38,220 nucleotides of DNA from a virus (lineage: Duplodnaviria; Caudoviricetes): IMG/VR virus record IMGVR_UViG_3300032314_000455, positions 1 through 38,220 of that record. The stretch is one strand, 5' to 3'. The position numbers and the translations under genes were made by a program. Each line of letters starts with the position of its first letter. The stretch's first letter is position 1. The notes under the pieces were generated by a model that worked only from the letters and a program-made list of their open reading frames with translations, had not been told where the DNA came from and made no database searches. Positions 16,539 to 24,901 of the stretch are shown in pieces.

Positions 16539-17768
16539 TTAAATTTCAATTGCTTCTAAGACTTCGGGAAACCAGCGCACGCTTTTGACGGCTGTTTCTT
16601 GCACTAATGCGGTGACGATGATTCTGCCGTATTTTTCGCCTTTTCTGGTGAGTTCAAAGGGAGGATTCCAGCCGCACAAGATTTCACGCTGAAAGCCTTG
16701 TTTTGTGAGGATTTTGTTAATTTGACTGGCTGTAAAGTATTGATGGGTGCGATTTGTTAATACTTCTGCGAGTTCGTCGGGAGCTAATAGTTGTCGTTCT
16801 TGAGTAGGTGCGTTTGGCTGCTCCTGTAGCATTTTGTTGGCTATTTCGGTTGCGGTGGCGAGTTCTGGATGGCAGAAGGCTACGGCTCTGAGTTTGATTT
16901 GGGCGATTAGGTTGGGGTCAAAACCTGGCAGGAGGGTATCAAATGCTGCTGATATGTCTTTGATGGTGGGCTTGGTTTCACTTGTCTGTGGTGGGAATAT
17001 TTCGGGTTCTACTTGGTGACTGTCAATTCTGTTGATCAGGGGTAGCATTACTGAAGTTACCCATTTTTTGAACCGCTTGACTTGGGGTTTGCGACTGGCA
17101 AAGATGAGGGAGTGGAGTCCGGATCTGTTGACGCAAAGCATTTTTTGGCGGCCACGAGTGGTGGACAGTGAATATGTCCGTTTCTCCCAGTGGTCTAATT
17201 TTTTGGTTTGGTAATCTGTACTGATTTCTAGGATGGTGCAGATGTCAGTTGCTGCCCACCAAGGATCATCGGCTGTACCAATAAAGCGGATTTCGTGATC
17301 TTCAAATTTGAATTTGAGTTCTACGGCTGTGTCTGGTAGTTCTGGTGTGAGTGGGATTGTTTCTGGTTCAACTTGCTTTGGCGGGTTGTGTGGGATTTAG
17401 GCTTTTTGTTCTATGACGCGCTTTAGTTCTCTGTTTGCCCAAATACGGAATTCTACGCTTACCCACTGGGCTAAATCTATGGCGATTTCTGGATGTACCC
17501 ATGTTCCTTGCGATCGTCTTTGCTCGTCGTTTCCGCCTCTAATTGTCAGCACAAGTTCAGAAATTGGGATTCCAATATCTGTCGAAAGTGCCTTCCAGTA
17601 AGCTTTTGTGTTATCTAGCTGTGCATAATTTCCCCATAGCTTGTTATTGGCTTTGCACATTTGAGTGGCGTTTACGTAACCTGCTGGAATGTTGAATTTA
17701 GAAATTCTGGTTTCCTGGGTTAACTGATCTATGGGGTGGTTGTTGAAGGAATGTGTTTTAAGTAGCAT
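16539..17768 (-). pseudogene. KilA-N + Bro-N + KilAC-like antirepressor interrupted by one in-frame TAA (17399-17397)
   Basis: KilA-N (GYVNATQMCKA...QGTWVHPEIAIDLAQWVS). The same frame continues past the stop through a Pro-rich linker into Bro-N (FKFEDHEIRFIGTADDPWWAATDICTILEI...VNRSGLHSLIFASRKP) with no ATG/GTG/TTG start. Confidence 0.8.
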
Positions 17769-17867
17769 GATTTTTTGTCTGAATCAGGATGTCCAGGATT
17801 TTAGGATTGACAGGATTTGATTTGTTGGGTAGGGGTTTAGCATTGCTAAACCCCTACAATTGTGGGT

Positions 17868-18149
17868 TTACGCGGAAATAATTGCGTTGACTGCTTCTGT
17901 ATCCGTTGCCCATTGTTGACGTTGGCTGGAATTAAAGGGCTGGGATAGGTAAAAGCCATTGTTACGGCGGTAGAATGTGCCGATTAATTTCATACCAAGC
18001 CAGACGCGATACAGTGCGCCAAAGTCGGGGTCTTGGATTGAGTCAATTTCTATTTCTGGTGGGATTGGGGAGATGGCGGCGGCTTGTTGTTCAAGTTCTG
18101 CAAATAGCTCAAGTTGAGCCATTGCTTGTTCGTTACAAGGCTGTGGCAT
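17868..18149 (-). CDS. hypothetical protein typical of Nostocales prophage-like islands
   Basis: EIDS..D.DFG.LYRVW.G..LIGTFYR motif; first gene of leftward operon. Confidence 0.7.
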   Translation of the reverse strand: MPQPCNEQAMAQLELFAELEQQAAAISPIPPEIEIDSIQDPDFGALYRVWLGMKLIGTFYRRNNGFYLSQPFNSSQRQQWATDTEAVNAIISA

Positions 18150-18180
18150 AATAAGGGAAATCCTTTAACTTGGGTTTGAA

Positions 18181-18220
18181 AGAAAAAGCGCTTTAGTTTT
18201 CCAGACCGGGCGCTTTTTCT
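18181..18220 (-). terminator. leader hairpin / attenuator of leftward operon
   Basis: AGAAAAAGCGC...GCGCTTTTTCT 11-bp inverted repeat, U-rich 3' side, just downstream of predicted -10. Confidence 0.5.
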
Positions 18221-18229
18221 ATATCTAAA

Positions 18230-18275
18230 ATTCTATACCCTCTAGTTGACAGTCGTCAACTATTTAGTAGATAAT
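18230..18275. promoter_or_regulatory. overlapping divergent sigma70 promoters with palindromic operator
   Basis: TAGTTGAC-agtc-GTCAACTA (18243-18262); rightward TTGACA-18-GATAAT; leftward TTGACG-18-TAGAAT. Confidence 0.7.
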
Positions 18276-18306
18276 TGATATATGATTTAAAAGAACAGTT
18301 AAGTAT

Positions 18307-18546
18307 ATGTCAATGAAAGTGGGGCGAGTCATTAAACAGGAAGTTGAAATTCCAGGGCTTGGAGAAAAGATCAAAAAAGCCAGGAAAGACAGCCAACAAT
18401 CAATGCGAGAACTAACCGAAGTTGTTGGCATATCTCCCGCGTACTGGTACAAACTAGAGTCGGAAAAAGTTGACAAGTTGGCCGAAGAGACGCTTCGTAA
18501 GATAGAAGAGGTTTTGGGTGTGGATTTTGGCGTAGATTTTGATTAA
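18307..18546 (+). CDS. XRE-family HTH regulator
   Basis: GLGEKIKKARK....SMREL...VGISPAYWYKLESE...L.EETLRKIEEVLGVDFGV. Confidence 0.88.
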   Translation: MSMKVGRVIKQEVEIPGLGEKIKKARKDSQQSMRELTEVVGISPAYWYKLESEKVDKLAEETLRKIEEVLGVDFGVDFD

Positions 18547-18582
18547 AAAGGTGTCAGCAGTCGTGACACCATTGCAAGTAAG

Positions 18583-19056
18583 CTAGAAGTTTTTTATTTT
18601 CCGGTCTAACTCATCCAATCGTTTTTTACACTCAGAACTGAGCGTATATTTATCATGTGGATGAAAATCAGCTAGTTGTTTTTCTGAGATGCAAAGCCGA
18701 TTTTTTTGGCTTTCTTCCTCTATTTTTTCCTGTCCTTCCTTGAGTTCCAAGTCAATTCTTCTTAATTCCTCCGCCAATCTTTTCTTAACTTCAGCGTCAG
18801 ACGGTTTTGACGTGGGGGTGATAATGCGAGCAGGGGTAACTGGAGAAGTTGTAGATAGCGTTGGACTTGAAGCCTCAACTTTAGGAGTGGGTTGTGCAAG
18901 TTTCGCGGGTTCTTTGATAACAGGCTCTGTTTGAGGAGTAACTTGTGATTTCCCGCGCCCAAAATCCGATTGTGCTAAGAAAACCCCGGTATAGGAAGCA
19001 CTAACAATTACGACAATTCCACCCACAATTGCAAGTATTTTGGTTTGATTACTCAT
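18583..19056 (-). CDS. membrane-anchored protein with Pro/Thr linker and coiled coil (moron)
   Basis: N-terminal TM ILAIVGGIVVIVSASYTGVFLA; AGAGGG RBS before ATG 19056. Confidence 0.7.
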   Translation of the reverse strand: MSNQTKILAIVGGIVVIVSASYTGVFLAQSDFGRGKSQVTPQTEPVIKEPAKLAQPTPKVEASSPTLSTTSPVTPARIITPTSKPSDAEVKKRLAEELRRIDLELKEGQEKIEEESQKNRLCISEKQLADFHPHDKYTLSSECKKRLDELDRKIKNF

Positions 19057-19066
19057 AAAATTCCCT

Positions 19067-19291
19067 CTATTGACCATACCTAAAAATTAAAGATGCCAGC
19101 CCAATCACGATCCATGTCAAAATTAGAGAGCCAATTACGCCAAAAGCTATACGCATAGAAAGCTCCTGATTGAGCTTGCTAAAATCTTTCCTTAGTTCAA
19201 CTAATTCTTTTCTGATAGCCCTTAATTCATCAACAGCGGGGTTAGGCGGAGGTGATGATGAGGCGGCTGGTTTCTTGGGTGGGTTATTCAT
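19067..19291 (-). CDS. small membrane protein (coiled coil + C-terminal TM)
   Basis: IAFGVIGSLILTWIVIGLASLIF. Confidence 0.7.
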   Translation of the reverse strand: MNNPPKKPAASSSPPPNPAVDELRAIRKELVELRKDFSKLNQELSMRIAFGVIGSLILTWIVIGLASLIFRYGQ

Positions 19292-19339
19292 AGGTTTAAG
19301 TAAATTTACCTTTATTATTCACCTTGAAGAGCGCTTTTC

Positions 19340-19357
19340 ACCTAGTCCCACCTGAAA
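19340..19357 (+). promoter_or_regulatory. putative late-promoter activator site ACCTAGTCCCACCTGAAA (copy 1)
   Basis: Identical 18-mer at 22058-22075; both intergenic and upstream of head operons. Confidence 0.7.
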
Positions 19358-19405
19358 AAATCCCCGCAAACATAGCAGTGTTGACATAAATACTAAAGTT
19401 GTTAT

Positions 19406-20875
19406 ATGAACTTTGCGGACGAGAATTGGAGATATTATGAAGGGTTAAACACCTTTGATTTTTGGACGGGACCGAAGCCAGAAATAAACCATCCAAAATA
19501 TCAAACGGTGATGACTCGGTTAAAAAAAGCGTTTCATCAGTATAATATTGTCCGCAAGATTACCAACCATTACATCAATGCCTTGGTAGGGAAACCATTT
19601 CACTGGTATCTCAAGAACGAAAACGGCGAAACGGATACAGAGAACGAAGCGGAAAAATATTTGCAGATGTGGTGGGATTATAACAAACAAGTATCCATAT
19701 CCCAGCGACTAGGTAAGGGAAAACCCTTTGCTGAGGCGGTATGTCAAATGTTGGTTAGGGATAATAGGGGAAGTATAAATACTTCTACTACTGGAAATAT
19801 TACCCAGGATATTAACGGCGGAATTGGTACTGGTTATTTAAGGTTATATTCACCGAAGAGATATGCAAATCTCCAGCCCTGGAAAAAGATTATTTTGCAT
19901 TGTCCCTCACCAGGAAGTGTATTGGTGGAAAGAGATCCGGATGGAATTTTATATAGAGCTACGTATTCGTATGATAAGGGGCGTGAAACTTATACTTTAC
20001 TGGATAATGGTTTAACTCAGATTGTAGATGAACAAGGAACTAGGGAGATTGACCTACACGGAAGATTGCCTGTTTTTGAATTAAGCGGGGACTGTATAGT
20101 TACTCAAGATATCAAAGATGCCCAAAATGCTATCAATAAGAGTTTGACTTTAAAGGGTGAGAATTTGAATTTTGCAGGTTTTTTGGAGCGCGTGATCTTA
20201 AATGGGCAAATGCCTGGCAAATGGGTCAATGATCCGGCTGCACCTGGAGGGGAAAGGTTTGTGTCTGACGCTGCGGGGATGCAAGGGGGGGCAGGTAAGG
20301 CAATGTATGTGCAGGGTATTCCTATTGGTGACAGAAGAAACCCGTCTGGATACACTGACCCATCGGTGATGTATCGTGATCCTGTTGATGTGGAAAATTT
20401 CCTGAAAGACTTTGAGTTAAATCTGAAATGTGCTTATTTAGCGGCGGATTTAGGGCATTTACTATCCGCTGGGGATGGTTCGTTATCAGCAGTCAGCAGA
20501 AGGACTTTGAAGGAAGATTTTGTGACTGGTTTGGGGCAATATGCGGAAAATATTCAAGCGGTAATAAGTAATATTTTCGATACTGTTTTGCTGTTGTTGA
20601 GCTATGATTTGCAGCGCCCAGATTTTACTCAATACAGTACGGCTGTTGAGTTAAAGCTGAATTTGGGAACTCCTTTACCGGAAGAAAGGGATCAGAATCG
20701 GCAGGATTATCAAGCTGGTTTGTTGAGTTGGACTACGGCGGTTATGGGGACTGGTGAGGTTTCAGATCCTGATGCTGAATGGGCGCTAAAACTCAGGGAA
20801 CGGGAGGAAATGCGGAATTTGGATGCTAAGGAAAAATCGTTTGTTGAGGATTTTTCTGATGGGGGTGACGCTTGA
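19406..20875 (+). CDS. putative portal protein (not obviously Mu gp29-like)
   Basis: 489 aa; first head gene, directly before a gpF-like gene; N-terminal YY.G and N....I...YINALVGKP reminiscent of SPP1-type portals. Confidence 0.72.
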   Translation: MNFADENWRYYEGLNTFDFWTGPKPEINHPKYQTVMTRLKKAFHQYNIVRKITNHYINALVGKPFHWYLKNENGETDTENEAEKYLQMWWDYNKQVSISQRLGKGKPFAEAVCQMLVRDNRGSINTSTTGNITQDINGGIGTGYLRLYSPKRYANLQPWKKIILHCPSPGSVLVERDPDGILYRATYSYDKGRETYTLLDNGLTQIVDEQGTREIDLHGRLPVFELSGDCIVTQDIKDAQNAINKSLTLKGENLNFAGFLERVILNGQMPGKWVNDPAAPGGERFVSDAAGMQGGAGKAMYVQGIPIGDRRNPSGYTDPSVMYRDPVDVENFLKDFELNLKCAYLAADLGHLLSAGDGSLSAVSRRTLKEDFVTGLGQYAENIQAVISNIFDTVLLLLSYDLQRPDFTQYSTAVELKLNLGTPLPEERDQNRQDYQAGLLSWTTAVMGTGEVSDPDAEWALKLREREEMRNLDAKEKSFVEDFSDGGDA

Positions 20876-21966
20876 CATCTGCAAAACATGAGAAGCGGGC
20901 TGAGAAAAACTTTAAACGAATGACCAAGGCGGAAAAATTGGCTTTGGGAAAGATTAATCAGCGATTGGAAAGTAACCATAATCGCATTGAGGAACAGCTT
21001 CTCAGGAAGTATGAACCTATTCGCGGTAACGATGGTTTGTTGCCTCATCAAAAGGCGTTGCTGCTAAAAAATGAACTGGGGAATACAAATATTGCTGATG
21101 AGGACTTCCTGCCGATTTTTGATGAGTTGTATGGTGTTGTTGATGGGGTATCGCTGGAGACGGCTAGTGATATGGTGCGGTTGTCTCAGGGGACGGCTGC
21201 GGGGCAGGTGAGTAGTCGTGATCAGGTGATTAAGTATTGGCGTGAGGATAGTCAAGCGCGAATGGAGAAATGGGGGCAAAGTTACGAACAGCAGGCACGG
21301 GCTTTGTTTGAGTTGAGTTATCAGCAAAATTGGGGTGCGAGACGGACGGCTGATGAGTTAAATGCTTTGCTGGGAAGGACTCAGAAGAATGCAGCTAGGA
21401 TTGTCAGAACTTCTAGTAATTCTGTGCGTAGTCTGTCTATGAAACAGGCTTATGACAGCAATGATATTGAGTTGGTAATTTGGAATACTTCTGGTAGTGA
21501 TAAGGTTTGTCCTTATTGTTCGGCTAGGAATCAGCAGGTTTACAAGATTGGTGAGGCGGCGATTCCTGCTCATGTTAATTGTGAATGTTTTTTATTGCCA
21601 TTTAAGAAGGAATGGGTTTTAAATGGCAAATTCGATAAGGAATGGTCAAAAGAATCGCGCCGGAAGGGTTTGGAGGAACTTGAAAAGGCTGGGGGCGCTG
21701 TTAATAATAATTTGACTCCTTTTGAGAAGAGTAGCGGGCTGGAAAAGCCTCCTCAGCCTATTTGGACTGCGGAAAAGGGGTTTGCTAGGGGTGAAGCACC
21801 GAGGACAATTACTAAGACTCAGTTGCAATTTTTGAGTTTGCCTGAGTTAAAGGCTTTGGCACAGGAAAGGGGGTTAAGTGCCGCAAGGGTGAAGGAGTTG
21901 GGGAAAAGTCGGTTAAACCAGCGCCAGACTTGGATTAGAGCTATTTCTGTGGATAGTAGAGGGTAA
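20872..21966 (+). CDS. minor head / head morphogenesis protein (SPP1 gp7, Mu gpF family) with C-terminal HeH/Rho-N-like domain
   Basis: AARIVRT...W....DKVCPYC......VY......PAHVNCEC; C-terminal LSLPELKALAQERGL...WIRAI. Confidence 0.85.
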   Translation: MTSAKHEKRAEKNFKRMTKAEKLALGKINQRLESNHNRIEEQLLRKYEPIRGNDGLLPHQKALLLKNELGNTNIADEDFLPIFDELYGVVDGVSLETASDMVRLSQGTAAGQVSSRDQVIKYWREDSQARMEKWGQSYEQQARALFELSYQQNWGARRTADELNALLGRTQKNAARIVRTSSNSVRSLSMKQAYDSNDIELVIWNTSGSDKVCPYCSARNQQVYKIGEAAIPAHVNCECFLLPFKKEWVLNGKFDKEWSKESRRKGLEELEKAGGAVNNNLTPFEKSSGLEKPPQPIWTAEKGFARGEAPRTITKTQLQFLSLPELKALAQERGLSAARVKELGKSRLNQRQTWIRAISVDSRG

Positions 21967-22057
21967 TTTGTCAGAATCAGGATTTACAGGATTTAAGGAT
22001 TTACAAGATTGATTTTTAATATTTTTGCGTCACATGGTTTGGTGAATTTGAGTTTTT

Positions 22058-22075
22058 ACCTAGTCCCACCTGAAA
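22058..22075 (+). promoter_or_regulatory. putative late-promoter activator site (copy 2)
   Basis: Identical to 19340-19357. Confidence 0.7.
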
Positions 22076-22130
22076 TGTTTGCTTTGGGTTCGCCACACTG
22101 AGGTAAATATTTCTATTTAATATTTGAACG

Positions 22131-22745
22131 ATGAATTACGCTGAAGCGATTCAGGCACTTAAAAATTCTGGTTTAGAAAATGCTGCTGAAATTGTAACTG
22201 TTATTACGAAGGAAGCTACTGAACTCCAGAAGTACAAAAAGCAACGTGAAGATTTAGAGGCGTTGATTAATGCAACTTTGCAAGGTTTTGGGAATGAATC
22301 GGATAGTTATGAATCACGGCTTAAAAACCTGTCCGATGATTTAAAAACCACTAAGCAAACCTTGGAAGCTGAAAAGAAGTCTAAGGAAGAATTTGAGGGC
22401 AAAGTTAAGCATTTGGAACGGTATAACCTTGTGCAAACTGCGGCTTCTAAATCTGGTGCATCTGTGGAAGTTTTGGACAAACTTTTATCCAGTTCTCAGG
22501 ATGAACTCAAGGTAGATGGTGACGCTGTAACCATTGCTGGGAAACCTTTAAAAGAATACGCGGAAACCAACTGGAAACCGTTTGTACCAGCTTTACTCCC
22601 TCAATCAGCATCATCTACACCAGCTAGTAAACCTTCAACTACTTTACCTAGCGGTAGTCCTCAAGGTAGTCCAGACAAGGTAGATCCATTGGCTGGGGTT
22701 TTGGGTGGTTACAAGCTACCAGAAAAATTTAGTACAGGAACTTAA
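22131..22745 (+). CDS. putative capsid scaffolding protein
   Basis: Coiled coil plus Ser/Pro/Gly-rich tail; located between gpF-like gene and capsid genes. Confidence 0.7.
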   Translation: MNYAEAIQALKNSGLENAAEIVTVITKEATELQKYKKQREDLEALINATLQGFGNESDSYESRLKNLSDDLKTTKQTLEAEKKSKEEFEGKVKHLERYNLVQTAASKSGASVEVLDKLLSSSQDELKVDGDAVTIAGKPLKEYAETNWKPFVPALLPQSASSTPASKPSTTLPSGSPQGSPDKVDPLAGVLGGYKLPEKFSTGT

Positions 22746-22749
22746 ATAA

Positions 22750-23370
22750 ATGGCAAAAATGCTGCACAGTACACCTCAGCTAACACAATCGGCTTGGGCT
22801 GGGGATTTTTTAGATCGGGAATGTTTAATTCCAGGTGGGGCGCGGGTTGATCCTGCCGAATTTTTGTATCAGGATGGCGTGAAGGTAACGGTTGGGGCAA
22901 ATGCTGCGGCTGATGCAACATCTATTACTGTTACCGCTCTTACGGGTGCTATTCCTAGCGGTACGATTTTATATTTTGGTACTAAAAAGTTTGCAATTTT
23001 GACTGCTGCGGCTGCGGCTGCGGCTACTTCTCTGACGGTTCAGGCGTTACCAACGGCTATTAGTAGCGGAAATACTGCGACTTATGCGGGTTCTACGGGC
23101 AGGAAGCCCATTAAAGCTGGGACGTTACTGGGTCGAACTTATGCCCAAAGGGATGCGGGGACAGGTTTTGGACTGGCTGATGTTGCTGGTGATGATGAAA
23201 TTTATCTTTTGGCGTTTGACGTGACTGATGCCTTATTCGAGGCTGATTGTGAACTTTATTCTCACAACTGTGTGGTCAAAGAAAACTTACTACCTGATTG
23301 GAGTACCTACGACTCTACGACTAAGACAAAGATTAGGTCACTCTATCAATGTGTGGCTGGAATTGCTTAA
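22750..23370 (+). CDS. putative head decoration protein with inserted Ala/Thr-rich beta domain
   Basis: PGG..VD...GRK.IKAGTLLGR...LLAFDV pattern; directly upstream of major capsid gene. Confidence 0.7.
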   Translation: MAKMLHSTPQLTQSAWAGDFLDRECLIPGGARVDPAEFLYQDGVKVTVGANAAADATSITVTALTGAIPSGTILYFGTKKFAILTAAAAAAATSLTVQALPTAISSGNTATYAGSTGRKPIKAGTLLGRTYAQRDAGTGFGLADVAGDDEIYLLAFDVTDALFEADCELYSHNCVVKENLLPDWSTYDSTTKTKIRSLYQCVAGIA

Positions 23371-23427
23371 TTGTTGGGTTTCGTTCCTCTACCCAACCTA
23401 CCAACTACTAATAACCAATGACTAATT

Positions 23428-24516
23428 ATGGATTTATTGACGGCTGTTAAGCAAATGCAGGATGCGGGATATCTAACTAGGGTATCCCGCAATCCTTTGG
23501 CTCAATTTGGGACGGAACGACGGCGATATATTGGGGCGGAATTGTTGCCTGAACGCCCTGTTATGGAAAACCAATACCGGGAAGATCAGGTTAAGTTCCG
23601 AACGATCATGGCTAATGACGGCACTCGTTATTCTCCAACTCAGAAGAAGGACGGGGATTTGGTTGGCTATGTTGATGTCATTCTGGGAAATAGTGATATT
23701 GCCCGTGAAATGACTGGCAGGGAATATGATGCCTTGATTAAGCTGTTGATGAATGGCAGTGATATGCAGGCGATCGCTGCAATAGCCAAATGGGCAGATA
23801 CTGTTTTGCAACGTGCGCTGGTTGAGAAGTCTGAGAAGGAAAGATGGGATGCTCTCATCAATGCCCAGGTGGTGCGTCAGGGGGATAACGGTTATACGGA
23901 AACTGTGAATTTTTCCAATCCTGACGGACATCGGTTTGATGCGGGCGGTACTTGGTCTAATGACACTTATGATCCCTTTGAAGATATTTTTGATGCGGCT
24001 CAAATCCTTTACGATAAGGGGTTTATGGTGAGTCGGATAGTATCAACCAGGGCTACCATCAGCAAGATGGGGAAAAATGCCAAGGTTCGGGGGCGCGTGG
24101 GACGGGCAATTGTTTCGCCATCTGGGCAAATTCAAGGAACTTCGGGAAGGGCTAATTTGGCAGAGATTAATCAGTCTTTGTCTGACGATGGACTTCCACC
24201 TATAGAACTATACGACCTCAGATATCGGACACAAACAGGCACGGGGAAATTTTGCCCAGACGGCAATTTTGTTCTTTTCGCAACTACGGCACGGGATGAA
24301 GACTTCGATTCTGGTGACGGTCAAACTATGCCTATTCCTGACACTTTGGGTTATTACGCCGTTGGCAGGGCTGTAGGACAGCCTGATTCTGGTAGGGTTG
24401 TGAATTTATTTCCCAAGGAAGATAAGCCCCCCAGAATTGAAGGTGAAGGTTTCCAAACCTCGTTCCCCGTAGTTCTTGAGCCTGAGGCAATTGTTGTCAT
24501 TAAGAATATCAGCTAA
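23428..24516 (+). CDS. major capsid protein (HK97 fold, lambda gpE-like family)
   Basis: 362 aa; E..RW.AL....V......V.F..P..H......WS..T.DP..DI; C-terminal FPVV..PEAIVV. Confidence 0.85.
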   Translation: MDLLTAVKQMQDAGYLTRVSRNPLAQFGTERRRYIGAELLPERPVMENQYREDQVKFRTIMANDGTRYSPTQKKDGDLVGYVDVILGNSDIAREMTGREYDALIKLLMNGSDMQAIAAIAKWADTVLQRALVEKSEKERWDALINAQVVRQGDNGYTETVNFSNPDGHRFDAGGTWSNDTYDPFEDIFDAAQILYDKGFMVSRIVSTRATISKMGKNAKVRGRVGRAIVSPSGQIQGTSGRANLAEINQSLSDDGLPPIELYDLRYRTQTGTGKFCPDGNFVLFATTARDEDFDSGDGQTMPIPDTLGYYAVGRAVGQPDSGRVVNLFPKEDKPPRIEGEGFQTSFPVVLEPEAIVVIKNIS

Positions 24517-24866
24517 TGTCATTCACATCTTCAGATAAGTTCCGAATTATCAAGCATCTACCTAGCGTCAATTTGGCACAGGCAGAAAGTTTGTTAGCGG
24601 CTATTTCCGATGAGGATGTCATTACGGAAATTCAAGCTTGTTTGGATGAGTTGGATGCTATTAGGGAATCGCTGAAATCAGAACGCTCTAGCACTGATGC
24701 GGCGTTGATCAGGGTTGATGTTTTGGAATGGAGTCCTGGGAGTCGGACTTCTGGAATGGAGGCTGAACGAAGGGAACTTCAAAATCAGTTGGCTATTTTA
24801 CTGGGCTTGGATGGCTGGGGGAGTTTTGCAAACCTATCTGGTTCTATAGATTTTCACCCTATTTAA
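24516..24866 (+). CDS. putative head-tail adaptor
   Basis: Helical 116-aa protein coupled (TAATG) to capsid gene; RVDVLEW motif. Confidence 0.55.
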   Translation: MSFTSSDKFRIIKHLPSVNLAQAESLLAAISDEDVITEIQACLDELDAIRESLKSERSSTDAALIRVDVLEWSPGSRTSGMEAERRELQNQLAILLGLDGWGSFANLSGSIDFHPI

Positions 24867-24901
24867 TTTGTACGAATTAAGAAATACAAGGAGAATTGAT
24901 T

